Positions 9,154 through 18,400 of a stretch of 64,000 nt of DNA are shown here, piece by piece. The notes below the pieces were generated by a model that had not been told where the DNA came from, searched no databases, and was given only the letters and a program-made list of their open reading frames with translations. Source of the stretch: a virus. How positions within the stretch are numbered: the stretch's first letter is position 1; every line of letters begins with the position of its first letter. A program made the translations under genes and the position numbers. Location of the stretch: positions 1 through 64,000 of IMG/VR virus record IMGVR_UViG_3300038417_000475; one strand, given 5' to 3'.

Positions 9154-9771
9154 ATGCCGACAATCTATCTGGACAAACTGGATCCCGAGTCCGAGCTATT
9201 GAGACGTTTGACGTTCCCGGGATACTCAGGCAGAAAATTCCAGGTAGAGCTGACAGAGACGATCACCTTTAGCGGTACACAGTGGGCGGGCGGCTCCAAA
9301 ACTGACTACCGCATTGTTCAGCTCGACGGAATGAAAGTCGTGGGGATCCCGGAAGCGCCCTTCCTGCAACGGTCGCCGCTTCATGAGGGTCAGTACCCGT
9401 TGCCGCCTGGCTATGTGGTGGTAAGCCATCACATATCCTGCGGGAAAGATCTGGGGCTGACCTTTGCCGTCAACCCCAGAGAGTCCTTCAAACTGCTGCC
9501 CAAGCCAAGCGAGGAGCTGACCCGGGCGCAGAAGATAGTGCTGGCGGCAACCGGCTACAAATCGAGCTATGGGGGCATAAAGGACCTCAGATTTCATGAA
9601 GCCCATGAAAAGACAGGGATCTCGCGCCAGGAATATGACCAGGCCAAAGAGTCGCTGATAAAGAAGGGTCTGTTCAATAAAGCCGGCGCCATTACACCCC
9701 AGGGGAGAAACGCGATCGGGAACCAAAGGCTGGAGGATTTTAGGGAGATGACAAGGGGGAGGTATGGGTAG
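9154..9771 (+). CDS. hypothetical protein with C-terminal EMTRG tag
   Basis: GGAGG RBS; ends ...REMTRGRYG. Confidence 0.7.
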   Translation: MPTIYLDKLDPESELLRRLTFPGYSGRKFQVELTETITFSGTQWAGGSKTDYRIVQLDGMKVVGIPEAPFLQRSPLHEGQYPLPPGYVVVSHHISCGKDLGLTFAVNPRESFKLLPKPSEELTRAQKIVLAATGYKSSYGGIKDLRFHEAHEKTGISRQEYDQAKESLIKKGLFNKAGAITPQGRNAIGNQRLEDFREMTRGRYG

Positions 9772-11245
9772 AATAACTGAATTCCGCAATGGCATGAGGT
9801 TCAACCCTCCGATTCTGCCGGATGCCTTCTGGCTGGCCTATAACTCTATCGCTCGAGCTGCCGTAAATGCCAAACCGCCGCCCTCTGTCATCTTAAGCAA
9901 AGAGAAGTCCCAGGAGGTCTACCGGGCATGGGTAGCTGAACTTCAAAAGTATGTGGCTGCCAACGGTAAATTCACCAAGTTCGAGGTGATCTATGTTCCC
10001 TTCTCGCCCCCTCCGTTCTTCTGGGATTACAAGTGCGGAAAGTGCAGGTGGTGGATCCAGGGTGGCTGCCAGCTCGTCGACGGAACAATCAACGCGAGGG
10101 GCTGGTGTGCCGTTCCTGGTACTCTAACCCCTACCCATAGAGGAGTATTACCCATCGAGGAAGTAATTCCAGGTGATATAGGATATTCGTTGAATGGGGC
10201 GTTCCATTCAAATAAAATAGCCGCTATCTCCATGAGAGAATACAGTGGGAGAATGTATAAACTGCAGGCAAACTACCTGTTGCCTCTCACTGTTACTCCT
10301 GAGCATATTCTATATGTTCAAAGGTTTATCTCCTCTACTACTAATAAAAGAAAGACTGGATATGCCATGAAATTGTTTTCTCCTGAGGAGATGACAGCTG
10401 AGAGGTTATACCAGAATGTCATGGCTGGTGACAAGTATCGTATTTTACAGCCTTATCCTCTAAATGAGGAATCATCATTAGGTTTGGATGGAATACTTGC
10501 CAGGTTCCTGGGGATATTTATGGCAGAAGCACATATATTGTATCGTGATGATGAACCAGCTGGAGCCGGATTTGACTTTGGAGAAGAACCCGAGCTAATT
10601 AACTTTATTGAGGAAGTCTGTAGCTCTAGATTCAGTGCTAACAGTACAGTTAGGCCTAATTCAAGAGGTGGACTCAACGTTAGAGTACATTCCAGTAAGC
10701 TAGCTAAATTCATCCTCAAGTACTTTAATGGTTCTCATTCAGCTAATGGTAAATCTCTTAGCAACGACGTTCTTTATCTCCCAAGAAGTCTACAGAGAGA
10801 TCTTTTACAGGGGATGCTAATTGGAGATGGCCATACAAGGGGTACCAATAATCAGCTGGGATCCTCTTCTCCTTCGTTGATATGGCAATCTGAAATCATC
10901 TTATGGAGAAGTGGTACCACTGGAAGCATGGGCAAAATGAGAGAAGGTGGCGACAAAGTAATAATCTCTGGGAGAGAGGTTAATAGAGGTCCATTTTATA
11001 GATTGTCTTGGTATCCCAAGCCCAATGGAGGAAGATTAATCCAAGAAGAACCTGGCCTATTATCATTTATGGTGAGGAAGATTGCTCCGACGCAATATAG
11101 TGGACCAGTACACGACCTATCAATGATTAATGAACCAAATTTCATTACACTTGGTGGTCTTAGTCATAACTGCGCCATCTGGCTGCCACCGGACAGCTAT
11201 AAACCGTTTACCTGGCCGCAGGAGCTGCTGGCTGGGAATTGGTGA
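9764..11245 (+). CDS. HiPIP-like Fe-S protein interrupted by an intein (spliced product 138 aa)
   Basis: Spliced sequence CGKCRWW...CQLVDGTINARGW|CAIW matches HiPIP CxxC...C...GWCxxW. Confidence 0.7.
   Translation: MGRITEFRNGMRFNPPILPDAFWLAYNSIARAAVNAKPPPSVILSKEKSQEVYRAWVAELQKYVAANGKFTKFEVIYVPFSPPPFFWDYKCGKCRWWIQGGCQLVDGTINARGWCAVPGTLTPTHRGVLPIEEVIPGDIGYSLNGAFHSNKIAAISMREYSGRMYKLQANYLLPLTVTPEHILYVQRFISSTTNKRKTGYAMKLFSPEEMTAERLYQNVMAGDKYRILQPYPLNEESSLGLDGILARFLGIFMAEAHILYRDDEPAGAGFDFGEEPELINFIEEVCSSRFSANSTVRPNSRGGLNVRVHSSKLAKFILKYFNGSHSANGKSLSNDVLYLPRSLQRDLLQGMLIGDGHTRGTNNQLGSSSPSLIWQSEIILWRSGTTGSMGKMREGGDKVIISGREVNRGPFYRLSWYPKPNGGRLIQEEPGLLSFMVRKIAPTQYSGPVHDLSMINEPNFITLGGLSHNCAIWLPPDSYKPFTWPQELLAGNW
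10106..11170 (+). mobile_element. intein with LAGLIDADG homing endonuclease (355 aa)
   Basis: N-terminal CAVPGT, block B TPEH, LGIFMAEA and LQGMLIGDG, C-terminal SHN followed by Cys; lower GC than the flanks. Confidence 0.92.
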
Positions 11246-11255
11246 GAGGTGAGAT

Positions 11256-11369
11256 ATGGCCAAGAAGAAGGGCGATACCAAGAAAGACATCGACCGGAGT
11301 ATGAAGGATAGTGGAGCCGGCAGCATAGCCAAGGCCGATGCCGAGTTCCTGAAAAAGCGGAAGAAATGA
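11256..11369 (+). CDS. small basic protein, 37 aa (not in ORF track)
   Basis: GAGGTGA RBS, MAKKKGDT...KKRKK, stop overlaps the next ATG. Confidence 0.45.
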   Translation: MAKKKGDTKKDIDRSMKDSGAGSIAKADAEFLKKRKK

Positions 11370-12901
11370 ACATCCTCTCTCCGGAGCAGATCGAGACCTA
11401 TAAGAAGCAGGGATGGAGGGTATTCCAGCCTGGCTTTGACGTCTCGTACAAAAGTCAATGGAATACTCCGTGGTTCATCATCCGGGAGTTCTTCCAGAAC
11501 GCCTTGGACGAACATGACGAGGCTGGAATAAGTGCGAAACCACGCCTGGCGGGTAGCAGCAAAGGAGTGGTGATCGAAGACCGGGGCAGAGGGCTGGGCG
11601 CCGAGAGCTTGATTCTCCGCGAGACAAAGGGCGGGGGAGATCTCCGCGGCCGGTTTGGAGAAGGGCTGAAATTTGCCTGCATATCCGCAGTCAGGCAAGG
11701 CTTTACCCCTGTCATTGAAAGCGCGAATGTCACTATCAGGGCATATGCGTCCCCTAGCGTCATGGGCAAAGCCCAGCTGAATCTCTTGACTTTCCTTTTC
11801 AAAGAGACTGCTGGATCCAGGTTAGGTACTCTGGTCACCATCGAGGGCTATCATGGCACCCTCTACACCGAGAATTTCACCACGTTTCTGGGGAGTCCCA
11901 TAGCGTGGAAAGATACCCAGATAGGGCGTTTTGTCAGAAGAGAAGCGGTCTACAGTAACCCGAAGGGCAATCTCTACGTCGGCGATATCTTCATCAAGAA
12001 GTTCGACAAACCAACATCCTACAGCTATAACCTCTGGGGGATAGATCTGAACCCCGACCGGATCTCGGAAATAAGGGTCCGTGATGTTTTAGACGGTATG
12101 GCCCGGCCATGGACTACAATCAAGAGCAGGGAACTGGCTACCAGTCTTATACGCGCAGTAACGGATGTTAGGTCGCAGGAAGCGGAGATATACTGGTCTG
12201 CCGGTCCCTCCCGAGCCGTGTTGTTGGCTGCCTGGCAGCAGCTATTCGGCCAGCGGGCTGTCCTCTCTACCGGCGAGCGTGACTCAAAACTGGCGGAAGG
12301 ATACGGCTATCGTGTTATGGGGAAGAGCTGGACATCGAATATCAGGTCACTGTTTAGATATAATGTCCCGGATGCCTCGGATATAGTAGAGGCTCGAGTA
12401 AAAGAGCTTTCTGCTCCCACCATTATTCCCTCCACCAGGCTTACCCAGAAGCAGCACCAGAACTTGGATATCATACGTTTTCTAACCGCTAACTGCCCAT
12501 CATGTAGTTATGAGGGCAGGAAACCCGTGATCGAGGTCGCAAGCATACGACCGGATCCACGGATTCAGGAGGTTGTGCTAGGGCTATGCGATTATGACGG
12601 GGGTAAAATCTACGTTGTACCTTCAGTATTGAACACTGAAGAAGACACGATAGCTACTTACTACCACGAGATGGGACACTGGGTAGGCGGCGAGATAGCT
12701 ATTGACGGCTCGATGAGCCATACCTAAGCAGTGCAGAGAATAGCTGCCCGGATATCGCTCCTGATGAGGCAAAAGACGGCTGATATTGATAGGATCTTGG
12801 GCGTTAAAAAGGCCCCTGCGCCCGCAGCTGCCCCGGCCTTTGTCCAGGCAAGCCAGGCGCAGCGATCGAAGCCTGAGATGACTAAGGGCAGGTATAGGTA
12901 G
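11366..12901 (+). CDS. GHKL ATPase fused to HExxH metallopeptidase-like domain; in-frame TAA at 12725-12727, frame continues to PEMTKGRYR
   Basis: IREFFQNALDE, IEDRGRG, GRFGEGLK (Bergerat fold); YYHEMGH; the reading frame resumes after the TAA and ends at TAG 12899-12901. Confidence 0.75.
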
Positions 12902-12912
12902 ATGGAGGCGAT

Positions 12913-13311
12913 ATGAGAGATCTGACTGCGAATGAGAATGAACTGCTCAAGCATGTGAGTAAGATGGGACACTGGCAGAGCTATGAGATCGTTAGAACTG
13001 AGTCAAAGGAATACGACTTGTACATCAAAGGTGCGTCTAAAGATAGCTCCAGTGCTACGAAGGGCACCACCTTCATATCCTGGCTGCCACTGGCTACTCT
13101 CTCTGTTATGAACTGGGCAGCCCCGGATATCTGGGAACTGAATAATGCTTATGGGGTGAAGGGCTTTACTCCACCTGGAGGGCCTGATTGGAGTGGAATC
13201 CGGGATAGTTCCACAGAGACGATCTGGAAGATGTTTGATATAGCCCTCTGGCGGCTGGGGATCAAGAAACGTAAAGGGCCAGAAATGACTAAGGGCCACT
13301 TCGGGAGGTAA
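12913..13311 (+). CDS. hypothetical protein with C-terminal PEMTKG tag
   Basis: GGAGG RBS; ends ...GPEMTKGHFGR. Confidence 0.7.
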   Translation: MRDLTANENELLKHVSKMGHWQSYEIVRTESKEYDLYIKGASKDSSSATKGTTFISWLPLATLSVMNWAAPDIWELNNAYGVKGFTPPGGPDWSGIRDSSTETIWKMFDIALWRLGIKKRKGPEMTKGHFGR

Positions 13312-13313
13312 GA

Positions 13314-13802
13314 ATGGGAAGAAGCTCGAGAGATATTGATATCCCTGCTGCCATAAAGCTGGCTAGGACAGGCAGGCTGGAATCCTGGTCGACGGGCTTG
13401 CTGCAGCGGATAGACGAGAGGAAGGTTGTCCGGGCAGAGCTGTTTGATGATGGGAAGGTGGCCCTCTATTACCCCGACCCCAAGAGCCCCCATGGGTACC
13501 GGGGGAAAGGGGACAGAGAGCTTTTCCAGGAATTCATTTTGCCGAAGAAGAAATTCACTTATACCTATGTGCCCTGGAACAGCGCGATCCCTGGCCACCC
13601 GGACCTCCCCTTCGTTATGTCCCTGGGTACCATCCGGACCGTGCCGGAGAATTACTATGTAGCCGATGTCTACAAGGATCTTTCCCTCATGTTCGACTCA
13701 AGGCTGGAAGCGGCGACGCGGAATGTCGACAGGGCCTCCGTTAGGAAATGGTGGGAGCAGAACAAGCCCGAAATGACGAAGGGCAAGATGGGGAAGAAAT
13801 GA
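13314..13802 (+). CDS. hypothetical protein with C-terminal PEMTKG tag
   Basis: GGAGGT RBS; ends ...KPEMTKGKMGKK. Confidence 0.7.
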   Translation: MGRSSRDIDIPAAIKLARTGRLESWSTGLLQRIDERKVVRAELFDDGKVALYYPDPKSPHGYRGKGDRELFQEFILPKKKFTYTYVPWNSAIPGHPDLPFVMSLGTIRTVPENYYVADVYKDLSLMFDSRLEAATRNVDRASVRKWWEQNKPEMTKGKMGKK

Positions 13803-13839
13803 AGCCCGATATCTTCAGGCAAAGCGCGGGAAGCCACTG

Positions 13840-14343
13840 ATGAGCTATAACTCGAAAAATGTCAGGGCCAACGTGTGCCACAAGATTTACATGGCCCTTC
13901 TGACCGAAGAGAGGCGCAGTCAACCCGGTATGGCCTTGTCTCAGCAACAGAGTGAAGATATAAGGCTCGATACCGAAAGCGTCACGGATCTCATCGAGCA
14001 GGAATACAGCAGCAAGGGGGGAGCTGGCGCCCTCTGGCTGGACCGCATGCTCAAAGATCTCAACTGGCTGGCCGATATCCAGGAAAAGGCCTGGGCGGTT
14101 CAAAAGGAAAAGAAAGCGGCAGCGAAAAACTGGCTCTGGTCCCAACAGGGCTGGGCCACTGAAGCTCAAGCCAAGGCCGTTGCCACCAGGCTCCGGGTGG
14201 AGAATTACGTGGTGGAACCAGGCTATGAAAACAAAGCCTGGAGGCTGAAGGTAAGGATCGATACCATTCCGGAGAGCACCCGCCAGGCGCCCCATGCCGT
14301 GCTGTGGGACGCAATAAAGAAAGCTGAGGGGAAATCTCGATGA
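13840..14343 (+). CDS. hypothetical protein (true start may be 13799 across a 1-nt indel)
   Basis: ORF in operon; the coupled ATG at 13799 is one base out of frame. Confidence 0.55.
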   Translation: MSYNSKNVRANVCHKIYMALLTEERRSQPGMALSQQQSEDIRLDTESVTDLIEQEYSSKGGAGALWLDRMLKDLNWLADIQEKAWAVQKEKKAAAKNWLWSQQGWATEAQAKAVATRLRVENYVVEPGYENKAWRLKVRIDTIPESTRQAPHAVLWDAIKKAEGKSR

Positions 14344-14567
14344 GCGGGAAAGGGCGCATTGTCGGAGTCGGTAAAACCTCGCCGGTTTGTCTGCCGGCAC
14401 GCTGTAGCCATACAGACCATCTTTTCGGCAAGGCTATGAGGTGCCCGCTACCCTGCGCCCCCTTCAAGGCGGTCTGCCCGGCTCATTCCCTCCCGGAGGC
14501 CCCGAGACCCGACGAGTTTGCCCGGGCAATCCGGATGTGCCTGGAACAGGAGAGGAGAAAATTCTGA
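14340..14567 (+). CDS. Cys-rich hypothetical protein
   Basis: Start and stop both overlap neighbouring genes. Confidence 0.5.
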   Translation: MSGKGRIVGVGKTSPVCLPARCSHTDHLFGKAMRCPLPCAPFKAVCPAHSLPEAPRPDEFARAIRMCLEQERRKF

Positions 14568-14998
14568 TGCCTAGAATCTTTCAGGAGCCAAACTATGGCG
14601 TAACAGAGAGGTCCCTGGAGTGGGTGCGCCGTTATAAGTCTGATTTGGGCCCTCTCTTCCGGATTCGTTGCTTTATCCATCCCCACCGGGTTGCTGGGCT
14701 TGAAGGTGACCAGTGGGTAGAGTTTGAAGATCAAGCCGGCAATAAGATAATCGCTACCGGTTTCGGATGGGGATATCCGGGGACTGGACCAGCCGGCCTG
14801 GCCAAGATCCTGCGTGAATTGGGAATTCAAGGTCAAATTATTACCACGGCGCGTTGGCTTACTCAAAATAGCGAGTGGAGAATCGATATTAAGGAGAATA
14901 CTGCCACCGTGAAACTCAAACAGGAGATGACCGGAGGGGAGAGCAGCTGGGAGATCATGGGTTATGTCAGGTATTCGGCAGGAGATTGCAGAAGATGA
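14567..14998 (+). CDS. hypothetical protein with FxWGYxGxGP motif; degenerate EMTGG near the C-terminus
   Basis: GFGWGYPGTGPAGLAKIL, a motif similar to the 33938 protein. Confidence 0.6.
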   Translation: MPRIFQEPNYGVTERSLEWVRRYKSDLGPLFRIRCFIHPHRVAGLEGDQWVEFEDQAGNKIIATGFGWGYPGTGPAGLAKILRELGIQGQIITTARWLTQNSEWRIDIKENTATVKLKQEMTGGESSWEIMGYVRYSAGDCRR

Positions 14999-15324
14999 CT
15001 GTCGAGATCCGGAAAAGACAGGTAGGGGTTACCGACCGCTGGATAATCGAGGCGGTCGATGGCAAGCAGGTCCGGAACGAGCTGGATATCGATTTCGCCC
15101 TGGCCGGCAATCCTGCAGTCAAAAAGTACATCCCTCCGGACCAGCTCTGGGTGGAGATGATGTCAGACAAGACGGAGTGGCCCTGTTTCATTGTCCACGA
15201 GGACTGGGAGGATGGCCGCGTAGACCAGGGTATGCCGTATGAAGTAGCGCACGAGGAAGCCAACGTCCTGGAGAGACTGTGCCGGCAAGGGAAAATGGAG
15301 CTGACGGTATTCAGGCCGGGATAA
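14995..15324 (+). CDS. hypothetical protein, possible zincin-like (HExxE...H)
   Basis: FIVHEDWE...YEVAHEEA. Confidence 0.5.
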   Translation: MTVEIRKRQVGVTDRWIIEAVDGKQVRNELDIDFALAGNPAVKKYIPPDQLWVEMMSDKTEWPCFIVHEDWEDGRVDQGMPYEVAHEEANVLERLCRQGKMELTVFRPG

Positions 15325-15334
15325 GGAGGGAGAA

Positions 15335-15634
15335 ATGGCCCAATATTGCATGTTCAAGCAACCTGAGGTTATTGCTCGGCAGAAGGAATGGGAAAAGAAG
15401 ACGGATGACGAGATCCGCCGCCAGATGGAGAAGCTGAATCTTGACAAACCTTCGGAAGAGGAGCGATACAAGGCGGCAGTAAACGTCTTGATCTCTCGGG
15501 GATGGGGTGTAGAAGTGAAGCGGCGGCCCTCGTCGTATAAGCACAAAACTGGCGGCATGACCATACACCACGAAGGATTTGTGCTGGCTTTCCACCGGCC
15601 AAAGGTGGAGATGACCAAGGGACATAATAAGTAA
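15335..15634 (+). CDS. hypothetical protein with C-terminal EMTKG tag
   Basis: AAGGAGG RBS; ends ...KVEMTKGHNK. Confidence 0.7.
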   Translation: MAQYCMFKQPEVIARQKEWEKKTDDEIRRQMEKLNLDKPSEEERYKAAVNVLISRGWGVEVKRRPSSYKHKTGGMTIHHEGFVLAFHRPKVEMTKGHNK

Positions 15635-15646
15635 CTGGAGGGTGAC

Positions 15647-16078
15647 ATGAAATGTGATCTCAGCGCACCAGCGGAGAGCTGTGAGTGCAAGAAGCTGCTA
15701 TGCAAGGCAATGGCCGAGGCATTGGAACATGAGGCAGAAGAATTCCGAGATTATGCTGAAATAGCTCGGAAGGCGGGCGGCTTCCCGGGAACAGCACAGC
15801 CGAGGCCTTCTTTCTCTGCGGATGAATACCATAGCCTTGTCAGGGAGCTGGATGCTCAGAAGTTCCTGCGATGGGGTATGGTCAATGCCCATGGTTTGCT
15901 GGTAGGCGATTACAATAATCTCTCGTATGCCCAGAAGATGAGCGAAGAGATACGGATGGGGCAACAGAAAGACCAGGCCACGCCAGCAAAGCACGCAGCA
16001 GAAGCCCTCGAAGGCGCAGCCAAAGCCTTGAGACAGGCGGCTGCCTTTGGTTTTCTCAACTGTATCCAGGAGGCATGA
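15647..16078 (+). CDS. hypothetical protein
   Basis: GGAGG RBS. Confidence 0.55.
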   Translation: MKCDLSAPAESCECKKLLCKAMAEALEHEAEEFRDYAEIARKAGGFPGTAQPRPSFSADEYHSLVRELDAQKFLRWGMVNAHGLLVGDYNNLSYAQKMSEEIRMGQQKDQATPAKHAAEALEGAAKALRQAAAFGFLNCIQEA

Positions 16079-16404
16079 GCTTGGACCCGAAAGATTTACT
16101 GCCTGCATCGCCCCGGGATGGCCCGCCTCTGCCGAAAGGACTGGGGGTCAAATGGTCTGGGGGAAACCCCCAGACCTACGAAGAGTATCGGGCCTATGAA
16201 ATGAACAGGCAGGAGATTATCAGTAGAAATCGCTCCCGCCGGCTGCGCGGGCTGCCGCTCCTGCCCCAACCTCCGAAGGTGGCACCTCCCAAGAAACGCG
16301 TTGTGTATAGCCGTGAAAAGGATGGCAGCCTTACTTACGAAGGCACTCTGCGAGAAGGGGAAGATGTACCCGAGGGGATGGTTCTCAAGTTGGAGGACTA
16401 TTGA
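16075..16404 (+). CDS. hypothetical protein
   Basis: AGGAGG RBS, ATGA overlap. Confidence 0.55.
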   Translation: MSLDPKDLLPASPRDGPPLPKGLGVKWSGGNPQTYEEYRAYEMNRQEIISRNRSRRLRGLPLLPQPPKVAPPKKRVVYSREKDGSLTYEGTLREGEDVPEGMVLKLEDY

Positions 16405-16808
16405 ACGAGCTGGTATCGCCCTACGTCGGATATCGAACTGACGAGTTCCGGGGCATAGGTGAAGGAAACGAGGATCTCCTGGAAGTCACCCGGCATGAGA
16501 TGAGGGAGCTGGGGAACCAGGATATCCCCTATACCCTGATACACCGGGGCGCTATCAGGAGCACGAGCGGAGTGAATGACTACCTCCTCCAGCTCTACAA
16601 GAGCAGATACAGAAAGTGTGTCTGGCTCTGCGACTCCATGGAGCACCTGATAAGCAGCTACTTTGAGCCTCCAGAGAAGCCCGAAGTGGTGACCAGGTGG
16701 GCGTTCTCCCCTGGGACGTGGAAGATCATCTCTGACCTCGGAGAAGAGGGCAAGCTGATAGCCTACCTGGGCGATCCCCTGGTGACTGAAGTGCCCGTAC
16801 CTCGCTAA
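16401..16808 (+). CDS. hypothetical protein
   Basis: GGAGG RBS, TTG start overlapping the upstream stop. Confidence 0.55.
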   Translation: MNELVSPYVGYRTDEFRGIGEGNEDLLEVTRHEMRELGNQDIPYTLIHRGAIRSTSGVNDYLLQLYKSRYRKCVWLCDSMEHLISSYFEPPEKPEVVTRWAFSPGTWKIISDLGEEGKLIAYLGDPLVTEVPVPR

Positions 16809-16916
16809 GTCGCAAAAACCGCCCCTATCTCCCAACCTGACCTAATCCCTTGCCAGAAGCTCCAAGCCCCTATCTTGCCCTTGTAGATCGAGCCACAGGT
16901 AGGAAGTTTTAAGAGG

Positions 16917-17474
16917 CTAGAGTAGAGTGAGCTGATTGCTTTGTTTGGGAGACTCAGCGCCCAGAGATAACTGGCAGGTGCCTTTGTTTATGAGGTTCAG
17001 GAGATATTGTGCATCCCTGTAGGCGCTTTTGCCGACATGCTGCCGTTTATTCCCCGGGTTCATCTTGTCCCGTAAGGCGAGGATCTTCTTGAGGTCTTCT
17101 CTTGTGAGAGGGCTTTTCTGCATGAGATCGAGGCACTGGCTCCAATACTGAAAGGTCTCCTTCTTCTTAGTATGAAGAGGGTGATTGTTGAAGAAGTCCC
17201 TGAGTACCAGACACTCCGGTAATGAAGACACTATATAGGTTGCCCTGGGCCACTTCAGCTTCCCATACCCGCTTGTATATCCCTTGGAATCTGGGACACG
17301 CCCGACGCCCAGCTCCTGGCATATCTCATGCAGTACCTTCCGATCTGATTTAGATAGCCAGATGCAAAATACTGGAGTGACAGTAAGCCTGAAGTTCTTC
17401 TTGTTCTGAGCTTGACACTTAATACTGAAGCAGCCCTCACCATCACAAAAGCCTGAAATCCAACCAGCAATCAT
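16917..17474 (-). CDS. free-standing LAGLIDADG homing endonuclease
   Basis: WISGFCDGEGCFSI motif; LGVGRV; PLHTKK...F..W. Confidence 0.9.
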   Translation of the reverse strand: MIAGWISGFCDGEGCFSIKCQAQNKKNFRLTVTPVFCIWLSKSDRKVLHEICQELGVGRVPDSKGYTSGYGKLKWPRATYIVSSLPECLVLRDFFNNHPLHTKKKETFQYWSQCLDLMQKSPLTREDLKKILALRDKMNPGNKRQHVGKSAYRDAQYLLNLINKGTCQLSLGAESPKQSNQLTLL

Positions 17475-17480
17475 GCTTCA

Positions 17481-17509
17481 ATTATAAAATTCTAAATAGT
17501 CTTTCGCAA
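17481..17509 (-). promoter_or_regulatory. sigma70-type promoter for a leaderless endonuclease mRNA
   Basis: TTGCGA-N17-TATAAT, with the ATG 6 nt downstream and no SD. Confidence 0.65.
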
Positions 17510-17569
17510 ATCGGAAAATGGATTTGCTCATCTCAACGGAATTACGAAAGACATTAGTCCACTAATGAC

Positions 17570-17598
17570 TTGACTACTTGCCTCGTATGTGATAAACT
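17570..17598 (+). promoter_or_regulatory. host sigma70-type promoter upstream of the sigma factor gene
   Basis: TTGACT-N17-TAAACT with extended -10 TG. Confidence 0.65.
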
Positions 17599-17692
17599 GG
17601 CAGGGTTGAAAGTGAGGCGCAAAAAATGCAAATTTGCAAAAAAAATTGAACACGAAATGAGCACAAAAATCATCGAATGAAAGTGAGGGACA

Positions 17693-18352
17693 ATGAGACA
17701 ATCAGCTACAAAAACAAGCACAGTTAAGCACGTCAAGCCAGTGAAGCCGAATTACAAGGCAATAGAGCGGGATACTCAGAAGCGAGCCATACCGCCACTG
17801 AGGGACATAGCTAAGATGTTCGCATCTGCGCTACCTCTAGAGGGTGATGCGTTCGGGCAGATGGTAGATACCATCGAGGCGCAACTGACACGCATGACCA
17901 AGAGAGACAAAACTAACTTGCTGGCCTTACAAACTGCGTTCATATTCGCCCACAAAGTTCCTCGTCAAAACCGTGAGGATGTATTCCAAGATATCTTCCT
18001 CGCCTTGTATCAGCACAAGGTTACTGACAACGGGCTGGCTTATGCCATAGCCAGAACAGACTGGGTTGACTGGTGGCAGTCATACAAGATTCGCTCGCAC
18101 TACTCGCTTGACAGTGTAGCGAATCAAGACACTGGTGACACGTTCGGGGATTTGCTCGTGGGTGTATGTGACTTTGAAGCGCAGATATGCGGAAAGATCA
18201 ACGGAGATCGACTGCTAGAGGCATTACCGCAGCGTATCAGAGGCATTGTGCAAAAGAGACTTGACGGACACGCTACAAACAAGCTGGAGCAATCTCAGCT
18301 AAGACGTTTTGTCGCTACTCGTCCTACAATCCTCGCTCAGTATTCAAACTGA
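17693..18352 (+). CDS. virus-encoded sigma70-family (ECF-like) sigma factor
   Basis: Region 2-like REDVFQDIFLAL...AYAIART..VDWW, SLD linker, region 4-like LEALPQRIRGIV..RL.G. Confidence 0.7.
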   Translation: MRQSATKTSTVKHVKPVKPNYKAIERDTQKRAIPPLRDIAKMFASALPLEGDAFGQMVDTIEAQLTRMTKRDKTNLLALQTAFIFAHKVPRQNREDVFQDIFLALYQHKVTDNGLAYAIARTDWVDWWQSYKIRSHYSLDSVANQDTGDTFGDLLVGVCDFEAQICGKINGDRLLEALPQRIRGIVQKRLDGHATNKLEQSQLRRFVATRPTILAQYSN

Positions 18353-18358
18353 GCGTGG

Positions 18359-18400
18359 ATTATGTCAACCTGACCTCAGCGATTAGTTAAGTGTGAGGGG
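18359..18400 (+). repeat. class A intergenic motif copy 1 (putative viral-sigma promoter)
   Basis: ATTATGTCAA-N6-CTCAGCGATTAGT. Confidence 0.8.

Noticed and set aside
12725-12727. Genome-wide stop-codon reassignment
   Set aside because: TAA, TAG and TGA all end coupled genes normally elsewhere; only one internal stop was seen.
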